Below, piece by piece: positions 51,360 to 64,000 of a stretch of DNA of 64,000 nucleotides. Each line of letters opens with the position of its first letter. The first letter of the stretch is position 1. The stretch is from Mizuhopecten yessoensis (taxonomy: Eukaryota), in NCBI RefSeq assembly GCF_002113885.1, contig NW_018480038.1, positions 458,911 to 522,910 on the forward strand, written 5' to 3'. The notes under the pieces are model-generated. The model saw only the letters and a list, made by a program, of their open reading frames with translations. It had not been told where the DNA came from and made no database searches. The position numbers and the translations under genes are program-made.

Positions 51360-54119
51360 TAGACACTTGTAAACGTATTCTATACTCGTTATCGTGATTC
51401 TTGTAGATTTATCATCACTCAACTCAAAGTTTAAACACTTCATTTGTTTATTCTATAAACACTAGCTAAATATGTTTTGCATGAATCAGTTCTCGATACG
51501 AATCAATAGAGGTTTTGACGATATCAAATTGGGACTATTGAAATGGAATTATATACTTGCTTGCTTGTCCTTTATAAATCACGTGGCAAGGCTATTAAAA
51601 GTACTTAAACCACCCTGGATACAAATTTACCCCTTTGAAATTCACCAGCCCAGATCAATTTCACACAATCGTGTCCACGTTTTAATTAGCGCCGATATAC
51701 CACAGTAGGTGTTAATACTACTGTTTACAGTAGTAACATGAATAGATGTCTACAGAGCTGGGAACATACTAGTGGACGTTTCTCTATTGTTGCTGCAAGT
51801 CCTTCTTTGCATAGAACTCCTACACGTGTTTGTGAACGTTGTTCTCAGTAATATTGTGGGTATAACTCTCCTTGATAGGGAGACGGTTTGCTGTTATAGA
51901 ACTGTTTATTTTTTATAGATCGTCCAAGTCCCACAAAGAGAGGCGAAGTAAGGCGTGTACGGAAATCACTGACGGTCTGACACCTACCACATCGATATGT
52001 AATCTGTGTGGAAACAATGATATAGATTTATACCGGGATACATAGTCATGTACGAGACAGCGAGCACTCGAGATAGCGGGTACTCGAGATAACGAATGGA
52101 CAGCAATTCTTCAGCAATCCAAAACAAACACATATAAATATATATCATAAAGGGGTTAAGTCATAAGGGAAAGTTTGTCGTTAAAACTATATTAATTGCA
52201 TATTTAAAGCCAATTTACATTTTGACGCCTATGGCTGACGAGTGAACTAAAATAAGTCGTGTGCCGTCTATATTGCTTTCGGAACAGAAGATGAAAAAGA
52301 TTTTCCTAAATCAATAAGGAATATGATCCAATTCATGACGTCTATAACCTTGCAGCCTACATTATTCAGTCCCAGTCGGAGTCAAAGAGAAGGTCAAATA
52401 CATTTAAAGGGATCATTGCAGCTGCCTCACATTTCATACGTATAAGAATGAACTGTACTTAAATGCAATCCATGTGACCGTCATTAACATAGGCGGTTGC
52501 TCTCTGATTGTTTACCAAAGTGGGTATATCTGGGGACCATTCGGTTGAGCAAACTTTTGTTACTTCTTCCCTGTGATGTCATACTTTAATTAATAAGCAT
52601 AGGCTAAAACACATGCACGAGTGGACGTTGTTCCCAATTGCATACCTGTATATGTACGTTGCAGGGTTTGGTTGTACAGGTAACGTGATCAGCATATTTC
52701 AGTTGATCTTTACACTGGTTATATTTCCTTGTTCAAACACATACAGATATTATCCAGCCCCTCGTCCCTGCCCACTCCACCGATACTGGAGACACAGCTA
52801 TGTTAATCCGTGTCCACTCGTTTGGAGATCTCTGGGTGTCACTGAGCTAACCTTACTGGAGTGCTTAATCATTGGAAACGATAACAGAATACTCGGTTAT
52901 AAATGGGTCGTGATAGGAAATGGTTGTAATTAGGTAAGATATCCAACATAAGGAATTCAGGCTGTTTGTTCAGACCGTACGTACATTGACAGGCGGCCCA
53001 AAGAATGACGGCAGCATGCTTTAACAACCCGGGTTCAATGCTGCTGACCTGAATTCATAGCTCTGTCCGTGATTTGTGTAAGCATTGCTGAGTGTGTGGT
53101 AGTAAGTTTCGTATACAGTGTTTGACAATAAAAATAAATAAATAGTTTACATAATGTATTCAACAAGTCATCTGTAGTTGTCTTAATAGCAAGGAAAGTT
53201 AAAACCCGGATGAGCACTTCGAAGTATGATACATGTCCGTCAAATTACAAATCTTGTAAAGACCACTTCCTTTTATACCAAAATATGTTGCCTTGTGTTC
53301 CAAGGAACTCAAAAAATCTGTGTCATAAAAAAAACATCCATCATCAGAAATATGGATATTGAACATGGATTTTGTATAGCAACAAATTGCATTATATATT
53401 TTGAAGTAAATTAGTTATCCTTAACGTGAGTAGAATTTTGAAATAAGAATACATACGCCGTGGTTAAACGAACTGTGCTTCCTTCACGCGTCATGTGTTA
53501 ACCTCGCGTGGTCTGTAACTGTCACGATGACCTAACACGTCTTTGACGATACAACATAATACAATGTACAAGTCCATAGAACGCATTGGCTTGACAGGGA
53601 AATCAAAGACTACTTGGGGCGTGTTCGAGTCAGACGGAGACACGGAGAAGTACACAATGTACACAAAAAGAGAGCATTCTGCAGATTTTGACAATTTCAA
53701 TATTTCATATTGTACCTAGTGGATTTATAATTTCTACATTTTGCCAATATAACAGAATAGCGTTCCTTTCTCCCACAGTCAGTGTTTACCTCACAGAACC
53801 ATGTCCTGTATAATCCGCTGGGAAAAGTTCGATACTTGTATTTACTGACGAGCTCACCATTATTCCCATCGTCAAGTTCTGGAGAAGTCACGTGTGGACA
53901 GCGATACTGTTTACACAGAATCGACAAGATAAATAACGGGACCAGTCAACCGATCGACGTTGTTTGTCACGTGACGTTGCGACATCCTTACGTGTTTGGT
54001 AGCAACGATTGATGTGAGCATGAGGGCTTCAATGGAATTGTGTTCTCATTATCAACAATGTACATAGGGTTACTGACCGCCTATGGAACAGGTGGCTGCT
54101 AACCCTCCAATGTTCTATA

Positions 54120-54716
54120 AGGCCCGGTCACACAGCCCTCCACGGGCGTATCGCGGCCGAATCACGGCTAAAAATTTCTGCCCGTGAAGCAGACGCTGTT
54201 GGACGCTTTGAGGTCGCGATAAAGACGCGATACAGCCGTACTTTACCCGTCGTTACACGCGGTAAGAAATTCACACGCGTCCCAAATACGATTGTCCACG
54301 GCCTAATCGCGTCCGTACAACGTCTGATTTTAGGTATATAAAAAGCGCGATTTGCCGAGCATTCGTCAGTTGTTCTCCAGACGTCAAGGGGTGAACATGG
54401 ATCCCCGTCACCGTAATGACCTCGTCTTGCTGCTCCGGTGCCATAGCTTGATCTTCACGGGACTGTGTCTTGAGCGGTTATGATTTCTACAGCCCGGTTC
54501 GGCTGCTTTATTATACCCGTGGTAGGCCGCGGTACCGCCGCGCTTCACCCGCGATAAGGACGCGGAACAGTCGCCGGCGTCTGTTCCGCGGGCATACCAC
54601 GGGTAAACCGCGGGTAAGCCAATTTTGCACATTTTCCACCACGGGCAACCGCGGGCAAAAAAAAATCGCGAAATTTTACCCGCGATACAGACGCGAAAGG
54701 CTGTGTGACCGGGCCT
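54120..54716. mobile_element. PIF/Harbinger-like non-autonomous DNA transposon, 597 bp, 18-bp perfect TIR, 3-bp TSD (ATA)
   Basis: aggcccggtcacacagcc at 54120-54137 and ggctgtgtgaccgggcct at 54699-54716; ATA at 54117-54119 and 54717-54719; GC- and CpG-rich interior. Confidence 0.85.
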
Positions 54717-54770
54717 ATAGAGGGTCATTAGCTATATAAAGGTATCCATATTTAACCGGAGACGGGGTAA

Positions 54771-54848
54771 AGGCAACGGAACCTGACCGGTATTCGAACC
54801 AGGAACCTCGGAACTGTAGACGCTTGCTCTAACCAATTCAGCTATCGC
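54771..54848 (-). mobile_element. tRNA-like SINE head or tRNA pseudogene
   Basis: Minus-strand A box tagctgaattgg and B box ggttcgaatacc; acceptor stem does not pair cleanly. Confidence 0.55.
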
Positions 54849-56016
54849 TGTTTTTGTCTGACAACAGAGGTTTGGAGCTACCATGAGATGACCTTCATAC
54901 TTACTCCACATATATATTTCGTTCATTAACGTTTGCTTTTTTTACTTACTATAAGTAATGTTTCAAACATTTAATAGCAGTTTTATTTGCCTTTTGAGGC
55001 GGCTTTTACTGGCTACTTAGCCTTTTTGTGTCCAGCACCAGTCCGCTGTTGCCATCTTCCCAAACAGCTTCGTAGTTGAGAAAATGAGAAAACGGCCTGC
55101 TAAGTATCCTCTATTTTGTTTCAACTGGCACTGGGGCGGCAACTCGTATTACCTTACCTTAATGGCCACGGTGGTACACCTGCCTGCGGTCGGACATGAT
55201 CCTTAATAAATTGTTTAGAATCGTTTAAAACTAATATATCATTACTGATAATATTTTTCAGCATACCTGAAAAGAGAGGCTTTATTTTTTGTTTTGTCTT
55301 AAATGACTTGTATGAAACTGAATTCAATTTGACAATTACATTTAAATATTTGACCATAACGAACAAGCTACTGGTAAATGGTACCGGTAGAGAGTATGTA
55401 GTTCTGTATTCGGCAAGTTCGTGATATGCAGGGTCTGATTGACGTATGGATAAAACTAGACGGCGCTGACACCAATTACTGTATTAGTCTAGATAATCTG
55501 TCAAACTGGAGCATAGACTTCCTCTGACGAGGAGTGATAAACTTCAATTGAAGTCACGCTCGTTAATACAAAAGTCATGTAAACTGGCACTAAACCCAAA
55601 CACCCTGGAGAGCAATTTGCAAGCTGCAATTTAAAAAAAGGTCGATCATTTGTATGATAAAAGAGATTAGGACACGCTAACAAAGTGCAATGTGAAGCCC
55701 TGCTACCCAGCGTTTAAGTGTATGGGTACTGTGTAGTCCCCTATCTTTGACGGGTCTTATCGTTTGTTTGTATTGCTAATAAAAAAACACCTCGCTTACA
55801 GGTCGGCTGGCGTGTGTCGTGAACAAGCCGATTAGGATACGAGCACCAATTGTTTTGATCGTATTCTAAGCCATAATGGAGCTAGCCGTTTTCTGCTGAT
55901 GGCTTAAATAGGATCTGAATGTATTGTACGTATAAACCATTCCGTGTCTCACGTCCCGGGCAGCACCGTCCCAGGTCTTCTCGTTATCAGCTTGTATACA
56001 CTTGTAAACAGACAAC

Positions 56017-59000
56017 ATGTTTTCCAGGGACCGGATGCCAATCCACCACAAAATCAACCCTTCAGACCGGAAGCGGATAGTGCGGACATCATCCCGACAT
56101 TCTACGGCAAAGGCGCGTGTTTCCGTTTCCAAGGATTTGGAGGACAGCTTCTACATCACCAATTCTGTGGTGCCCCCGGGCTCCGAGGGATATTATGACG
56201 TCACACTTGAGAGTCCATTCGGCTCGGACAGCGAGAAGGAAGGTAAGAAAGTGACACGTCATAGCTAGCGTTTATATAGAGAAAATTACGGAAAACAATA
56301 GACATCTGGCATGTAAGATGTCACTCTTCATTTTAACGTGGTAGTGGTTAGCAATCGTCAAATTGAGGATATGCACGTTTCTCCTTTTTCATATTTAGAT
56401 AAGCCGGAGGATGGTAAGCGGTCAGAATGTGAGCGAGTTTATCTTGCTGCTTGTAAGCAGTGCCGAGTGGCCCCGGGAAAGGGCGTACTACAGGGGCTAG
56501 GGTCACAGCGCTTGTCCGTCAAAGGTCTCCAGCTGACGTCACGGGAAATTGAACCAATCACGTATGCTCTTACAGTAAGTGACGGAAGCTGGTACTTGAT
56601 GTTCTTGTCGTTATATCCTATAACGTTATTTTCGTGAAGCGGGTGTCACGCTTGTTCATGGCGCGGGTCGTTTTAACAATAGACCTATTTTGGGTTCCGA
56701 ACAAAAAACTGGATTTAACCAAACGTAGTAATATAATTATGTACTGCTACACTATTCTGTATAATCTTTTCAGCCATGTACTTACAGGAAATACAAATAG
56801 TCAGTAGTGTTCTTAAAACATTTTTTTTCCGCTGACTTCCAAACATAACCGATATTTTCGTACAATTCAATGATATTTAACCTTACAATGGGCATAACCG
56901 GGTGTATGCCAGGTGTATTATGAATGTCTATTCATTCTAATTTGTTTAGCTTGTGATGTATTTATATTTTGCTGTAGATCTAGCAGGGGCAGGGTTTCTT
57001 GTGAACAATGCTCTCTACTTTTAGTAAATCTTTTTGGTACGTCCTCAATGTCTTTAACAGAGAAACCACCACGTGACCACATTGGACGTCTCAAGCAATG
57101 ATATCGGCAAAGATGGCCTCAACAACATACTGCGCATGCTTGACGAGAACATGTCTTTAACAAGCCTGGTGAGTGGCCATCACTATATGGGGAATACAAG
57201 GATGAACACGAATACTAACCTAGACATGAATCAAGGGCAATTAACCGATTTAAATGTAACTTGTTAAATGAACGGGGACAATATGTAAGAATGATTATTG
57301 TTCAGTTAGCATTGACGCCATCTCAGATTTGTTTGTAATTTATTTTCTGTAGAATATTTCGCACAACAACGTTGGGTCAGCTGGTGCGCGGTTATTGAGT
57401 GAACTGATTGCTAATAGTAAATTGCTGAAAACTATATCCGCTTCCGGTAAGTAAAATATCCACTTCCGGTAAGTAAAATACAAGATAAAGACCTGTTCTC
57501 CTTAATTTATATCTAAAAACGGAGGTTTTAAGATTTGATTCGTCCTTTTTAAAGATCTGAGATTCTTTTTGGAAATCTTAAATGATAGCATGTACATATA
57601 GATGTTTCGTTGACAATTGCAAGTGATCTAGTTTAATAAATGGTTGTGAAAGGTCAATCACCGTCTCGAAGTCATTTAAGTTAGATATGTATCTACATAA
57701 AAGACCAGTCATAGCATACACATTACCCAGTAATGTCTCGGCATCGGGTTACTGACAAATCATCACCACGTACGTGTACCATCACTAGGGCATTCGATTT
57801 CAAGATACACAATTTATTTAAGGAAATGACGACACGAAAAATCATCCAGAAAAACGAGTATTATAAAGAATGGGAATTCTTTAACTTACCAGGGTTGAAT
57901 AGGGGACATCCGCCCGGTCATATTATCATTTTATAGGCTTATAACACTTGATAAGGACACATCCGAAATGTAATAGTAGATCAGAAAGAGAGAGAGAGAG
58001 AAGAAAAATAGGGGGACACTTATAGTCTCAAGTTCTGCATGAGAGATAGAAGATTCTGTTCTTCTTTTTTCCTCACAAATAAGTAAGACACAAAAGGATT
58101 CTCACGAGTTGTCAGTACAGGAATAAATTAGACCATTGTGATCCGAAGGATTCTCACGAGTTGTCAGTACAGGGATAAATTAGACCATTGTGATCAGAAG
58201 GATTCTCACGAGTTGTCAGTACAGGAATATATTAGACCATTGTGTCTTTATTTCAGGTAACAAGTTTGCCGATGAGGATGCTTCATGTATAGCCGAGTCG
58301 TTGAAGGTAAGTCAATAGTCCCAACTAAAGGTAAGTCAACAGTCCCAACTAAAGGTAAGTCAATAGTCCCAACTAAAGGTAAGTCAATAGTCCCAACTAA
58401 AGGTAAGTCAATAGTCCCAACTAAAGGTAAGAAAGTTGTCCCACCGGAAGTAAGCTAGTAGACCCATGTAAAGTCATCTGCTAGATAAAGCAACAATGGG
58501 CACTATCAGAACATCAAACTGTATAATGTCGAAGTCCATATATCAATACTGGGTTATATGTGTTATGGATCGAGGTCTACAATTGTCGGTAGATCTAAAC
58601 ACGATTGTTCTTATGTTAACAGGTATCCCGTGTGTTACAGACTCTGAATCTAAGTCATAATAACTTCCACGAGCGAGGAGGGGAGACACTGGCAGAGGGG
58701 ATAGGTAAGCTGCTTTGTTCTGTCACTTCTGTTGTTTATCTTTTATCTTTTCAATATGGCGACCCTGCTTAAAGTTGCTGGTAACGGACCTGGTATCGTT
58801 TCATATTATAGTGACATGGAAATAGTAACATCAAAACCATCAGACTAAATGAAGGAAAGAAGGATTTTCCGATTGTTTGGCCTTAACGTTTGCTTTATAT
58901 ACAGAAACATTACCATGTGTTTCAGAGGAGAACACGTCCTTGACCGACCTTGACCTGAGTTGGAATCACCTTCGACTTGGTGGGGCCATAGCCATAGCGG

Positions 59001-60718
59001 AGGCCCTCAAGGTATACAGACGGTGCTGTAACTATTCTAATCACTGGGAAAAATAGGTTATATCAACAAAACAATATACATACAAGTGTACACGAGTATT
59101 CTCAGAAATACGCCCTGTACAGATAGACATCATGCCACCCATACTATGGATGAAAGCTCTGGCTTGTTTCTGGTTTGTCATGTTGTCACGAGATTTGTTT
59201 TATTAGAAAAACTATTGCTATAGCTAATCGGGTATACATTTATTTGACGTTTCAATTTTGTTTAGAAAAAAAAGACAAACGATTTTTTCCGTAAGGGGTG
59301 GGGGCTTAAAGGAGGAAAAGGAGTACCGATCCCTGGCCTAAGTAACGCCTTTATTTTGCCTACTTTTACCAGGAGAACAAGATGCTGGAGAACCTCAATA
59401 TCGCCTGGAATGGTTTCTCTAACGCAGGCTGCAAGGTGATAAGCGCCAGTCTCGAAGTCAACACCAAACTTCACACTCTAAATCTCAGCAACAACCGAAT
59501 AGGATACGAAGGAGCCAGATCGCTCGCTAGGGCGCTTATGACCAACCAGAATCTCACCCATCTACAGGTAGGTAAACTGCAACCTCAGTAACAATAGGAA
59601 AATCGGTGCCAACAATAGAGCGTCCACGATCATTAACAATCCTGACGTAAGGAGCGAGTTTCTTTTTTAATCAAAATATCGCTTTCATTGAATTGTGTCT
59701 TTTTTTTATATTTATATTTGACTTTTTGTATGCTATCCTTAGCTCAATCTGAACTCCCTGTCAACACTGGGCGCATTTGAGCTACTGGTGGCCATTAGGG
59801 ACAATCCTGGGAGTGCAATAGAAAAACTGGAGCTGGAGGTAAGACTAATGGAATCTTTCCCTACCTTGAGGGTGTGACAGAGAAATCTCCTACCCGAGGG
59901 GTGATGCTTTTTGGTTGTCTTACCCGAGGCTCTGCCGAGGGTTAGACAATCTAAAAAATCACCCTGAGATTTGGAGATTTCTCTGATACACCCTCCAGAT
60001 ATGGGATGGTTATTTTTCTCCCATCCTATTATTTTAGTCACAACTCCACCGACAGTAGTCTGCCATGAACAAAAACACATGTGAGGTATAAATATCGTCA
60101 TTCACTTTTGATGACGTCACAATTATTCGGCACGAGGCTATCTTCCCCTAAACTATGGGTTGACAAGATGGGCCCGTAGTCATGAAACCGTTCTCATGCT
60201 CAAGCATGGATTCTGTGCTCAAATCTACTTTCTTATAACTCGCTTAAATCATGTCAAACGATCAAAAAGAAAACAGTTTTCGGCTTTAAGTCTCTTCAAT
60301 GTTTTTCCAAATCATTGAAAAAAGAACATTTTTATGAATTTATAACGGGAACAAGAAATTCGACTGGAGCACAAATTCCATACTCGAGCGTGAGAACGGA
60401 TTCATGAACACGGACACTGGTGTTGGAACACCATTACAAACAATAGAATGGGTTATATTAGAAAACAAAAACAAAAGAAGAAAACAATACAATAATTACT
60501 AGGAAAAAGTAGTTGATTATGAAACGAATTGTAATAAACGATACCAATGTGCATTTTGTCTTCAGGAGGTACCAGTGTTGGCCTCAGCCCAGGCCATAGA
60601 ACAGGAAATAAAGTCTGTCCGACCATCCTTCATCCTTATACATGACGTCGTAGTCCTTTCGGATGACCATCTCGCCCTCGCCAGCGTGGTCAACAAACGG
60701 AAGGTCGTCAAGAGTTGA
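56017..60718 (+). CDS. LRRC74A: Leucine-rich repeat-containing protein 74-like (RI-like LRRs), 421 aa. Exons 56017-56242, 56399-56574, 57061-57168, 57353-57446, 58257-58306, 58623-58704, 58926-59011, 59373-59567, 59743-59838, 60566-60718
   Basis: Nine GT-AG introns, all phase-consistent; total 1266 nt = 422 codons. Motifs YLAACKQCRVAP, VTTLDVSSNDIG, LNLSHNNF, LDLSWNHL, LNIAWNGF, LNLSNNRIG and AIRDNPGSAIEKLELE match the LRRC74A/B pattern. The A versus B paralog cannot be resolved. Confidence 0.85.
58094..58243. repeat. 52-bp tandem repeat, 3 copies, abutting an LRRC74 splice acceptor
   Basis: aaggattctcacgagttgtcagtacagg at 58094, 58146 and 58198. Confidence 0.92.
58304..58431. repeat. 24-bp tandem repeat of the exon 5 splice donor (six AAG/GTAAG)
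   Basis: Unit aaggtaagtcaatagtcccaacta; GT at 58307, 58331, 58355, 58379, 58403 and 58427. Confidence 0.93.
60170..60417. mobile_element. MITE (PIF/Harbinger-like), copy 2, in the last LRRC74 intron
   Basis: Homologous to 43183-43400 (ggcccgta.tcatgaaa..gttctcatgctcaagca, ccaaatcattga, ggaacaagaaatt); imperfect TIRs. Confidence 0.75.
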
Positions 60719-61214
60719 TGACGTTAGGAACACATTCTAAGATCTCAACGATAGGGGTCACGTGACATTGCCAATAGTGGTCGTGTGATTACACCTATTA
60801 GGTTTATGTAATACATCAGGGTCACATGATCATATCACCATCGGGGTCATATTACTACACTGGTAAGTGTGGTCGGAATCAAAACCAACGGAACAAACAA
60901 TGGTCACCAAACAAAAGGGGTCCGCTGGATTTGTTTGGAGCTGTCTATACAGGTAACACACGTACCAGTATAGTGGTTACACTTCGTGGACATGTCCAAA
61001 CGGATGTTTTATATGATAACTGGAGGTTTATTGGCAAGGCATGGATGATGGTACGGATGGATGACAGAACAACACGCAAGGGACATTGTTAAATTGTAAT
61101 TTTTGATATGGTGACGCAGTGCTGTCTACAGAACGAATTGGCCATATCTTGGTGCTAATGGGCAGTGTTTTCTGAGATTAAAAAAAAATACGTCATAATC
61201 TGTGTATCTTTAAT

Positions 61215-61430
61215 AACGTGTGATGTCATGTATGTTATTACGTGTGACGTCATATATATGTTATTTACCTGTGACGTCATATATATGTTATTACCAGTGA
61301 CGTCACATCTGAATTTACATGTGAAGTGATATCTGTTATTCCTGTGATGTCATATAAATATTATTACCTGTGATGTAATGTGGTATCACTCACTTGTGAT
61401 GTCATATATGTTATTACCTGTGACGCCAGT
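61215..61430. repeat. Degenerate repeat of about 25 bp in the LRRC74 3'UTR, containing TGACGTCA
   Basis: tgtgacgtcatatatatgttatt recurs several times. Confidence 0.7.
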
Positions 61431-61455
61431 TCAATTGCTGTTGATGTAATGTCGA

Positions 61456-61461
61456 AATAAA
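61456..61461 (+). promoter_or_regulatory. Candidate polyadenylation signal of the LRRC74-like gene
   Basis: AATAAA about 740 bp after the stop, followed by a T/GT-rich tract. Confidence 0.45.
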
Positions 61462-61714
61462 TTAAATGCGGCAATTATTATTTTTTGTGTACTTTTTATA
61501 CGGTTAAACCTTAGGCGAAAGGTTATCAGTAAACATGTAACATGATGTGGATATATAGGATGTTATAGTGCCTGCAACACAATTACGGATGGAATGTTGC
61601 TTTGATCAATTCCATGGTGGGATCAATTGAACTGGTCTTGAGGAGCAGATCATGACCTCACCCATAGCAATATTTAATTCTTAAGCTTAAATTACATGTG
61701 TAAACCGTTGGACG

Positions 61715-62300
61715 AATATATACCACAACACCAAAACGTGGATAAAATATACGACAGCGTTCACACAGGGACAACATATACCGTATCGTCAATATACCGA
61801 CAAAATATAGCACAACGTCAACACAAAACGACAAAATATAGCACAGCGTTAATACACGCATACAATGAACCACAACGTCAATATACACACGAAATATACC
61901 ACAGCGTCAATATACCGACAAAATATAGCACAGCGTCAAAACACACATGCAATATACCACAGCGTCAATATNNNNNNNNNNNNNNNNNNNNNNNNNNNNN
62001 NNNNNNNNNNNNNNNNNNNNNNNNNNNNNNNNNNNNNNNNNNNNNNNNNNNNNNNNNNNNNNNNNNNNNNNNNNNNNNNNNNNNNNNNNNNNNNNNNNNN
62101 NNNNNNNNNNTACCACAGCGTCAATACACACATACAATATACCACAGCGTCAATGTACAGACAAAATACAGTACAGCGTCAATACACACATACAATATAC
62201 CACAGCGTCAATACACACATACAATATACCACAGCGTCAATATACTGACAAAATGTACCACAGCGTCAATATGCAGACAAAATATAGCTTAGCGTCAATA
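61715..62300. repeat. Minisatellite of about 30 bp spanning an N gap
   Basis: Unit aatataccacagcgtcaatacacacatac; gap at about 61972-62110; short related copy at about 63023-63068. Confidence 0.9.
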
Positions 62301-64000
62301 CACTCATGATTTAACATTCAAATTTGTAGGTCTGTACAACTGTTCATTTTTAGCTCCAAGCGATTTAACATGTAATACCCAACAGTAATATTGAATAACC
62401 AGGATTCCTACTTCGACTATTCCCATCTGTCTCTCCCCTCCACCTCCTCTCTTATTCCAGCCCCTCTCCCCTTTTTCCAACACCAACAATCTCTGTGTAC
62501 TAACTTCAATCTTAGCGTCCATCAATATCATAACCGTTTCCATATGACAAAGAGTGCGTGTTCGGTTTTCCTAATCTAGTCGGCTAAGTATGTAAGGCAG
62601 GAATTCACAGAAGGACTCGGAGTGACACAGGAGAAAGGCAAATGCGGCACGGAATGTGATAGAACTTTAGAAAAGCAGAAGGATATGTGTGTATAGATTA
62701 GGTATACTACTTACACCGACACGATTGGGAAAATCACACACGCGATCTCAAGTAAACTCTCCGAATACATTTGTAAAAACTATACGTTGGTGTCCCTAAT
62801 CCTATCATTACCTCTTTTGCTCGGCTGTAACCCATCTTTAACATCTTATATATATATATATATATACATATATAAATTTGTATTAGGTTATTACGTGACA
62901 CATTAGTTTGTATATATATTTTCTGTTACGGAAAGGACGTAAGAAGTTGCAATAACTTTTGTCCAATCCATTTATCTTTTGTTGCAATAAAATTGATTTA
63001 AACTAAACACTCATGATTATGATATACCACAGCGTCAATATACCACAGCGTCAATACACCACAGCGTAACCACGAGGGAAAAGTCCGATCCCCAGCGTGC
63101 AATGTATTTTTACTTCTTCATTGTCATCACATATATATACTACAAGTAACTGTTTACGATTTCAAACAAAATGGAATTCCTATACATATAGCTTACAAAA
63201 GGGGGGATAACTCTTGTAGTCTTATACAAACAATACTTGCATGGTGTAGCTTACAATCAGTTTTAGTTAATGGTTAGCTGGGGATTCGTAGCAAGGCCAG
63301 ATGATTAAACAATTAACCATAAATTAGAAAACAATAATCGATCGGATAACGGAGCTAGTTACTGGTCAGAAGTAGTTGGAGTTTCATCTTCCGCACAAGT
63401 AATACAAGGGCCATCATCAATACAAGAAACTCTAGAAAAAATGTCCTTCCTTTAAAAAGTATAAATCCTAAATATAATGAAATTGCTTTCTTTTTAAATA
63501 ATACTCCATTGGGATAAATGCGAAAGCCGGTAAGTATCATTAACAAAGAGGTATCATTAACTCGTAATTATGTGCTAATTATTTATTTTATTATAAGTCA
63601 ATTATCTCACAAATACAACATACATGTACGTATCTCGTACGTATGAGAAATTGTCTCAACTCGTTATTACGAGATAGAATGTAACTTACTCATTCGTACA
63701 AGATAAAAAGTACGTATACATGTGAATTGACTTCTGACAATTGCTATGCGGTTCCGTGTGTTTAATAGATGACTATCTGGCAATATTTATGTTGAATGTA
63801 TATATCATAACGGTAATTGTAAAAGAAAAAAGGTTACAGTTGATGAACTAACAATGTAGTTACTACTGCAGCTAACTTACAACATCACATATGTTATACT
63901 TTGTTTTTCGGAGTGAAATACATGTAGAGAAAATGCCGGTACATAGCTTTGTCAAGGGAAATAACTCTTCCGGTCTTGTACAGTCTCCTTATTATAGAGA

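Noticed and set aside
51919-51980. Possible + strand terminal exon (DRPSPTKRGEVRRVRKSLTV*)
   Set aside because: Good acceptor, but no phase-compatible upstream partner was established and the sequence is not recognisable
61696-62309. ORFs spanning the N gap
   Set aside because: Minisatellite translations extended artificially through Ns

Overview
Eukaryotic, AT-rich, minisatellite-dense DNA with small N gaps. The repeat types suggest a mollusc, probably a bivalve (inference). It is not prokaryotic and contains no CRISPR array. Two spliced + strand genes can be rebuilt with consistent GT-AG phases. (1) The 3' part of a giant STARD9/KIF16A-like gene, 520-33761: six exons, about 4,700 codons, with 5.56-kb and 7.48-kb exons; its N-terminus lies upstream of the window. 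It ends without a START domain, carries many TQT-type LC8 motifs, and has three in-frame TGA codons inside a coding minisatellite that could be removed as an exitron. (2) A complete 10-exon LRRC74-like gene, 56017-60718, 421 aa. Between them lie large satellite arrays, MITEs (PIF/Harbinger-like and foldback), LINE, Penelope and SINE fragments, and several decayed exon clusters. Several tandem repeats are seeded exactly on splice sites. Family assignments come from recalled motifs, not database searches.
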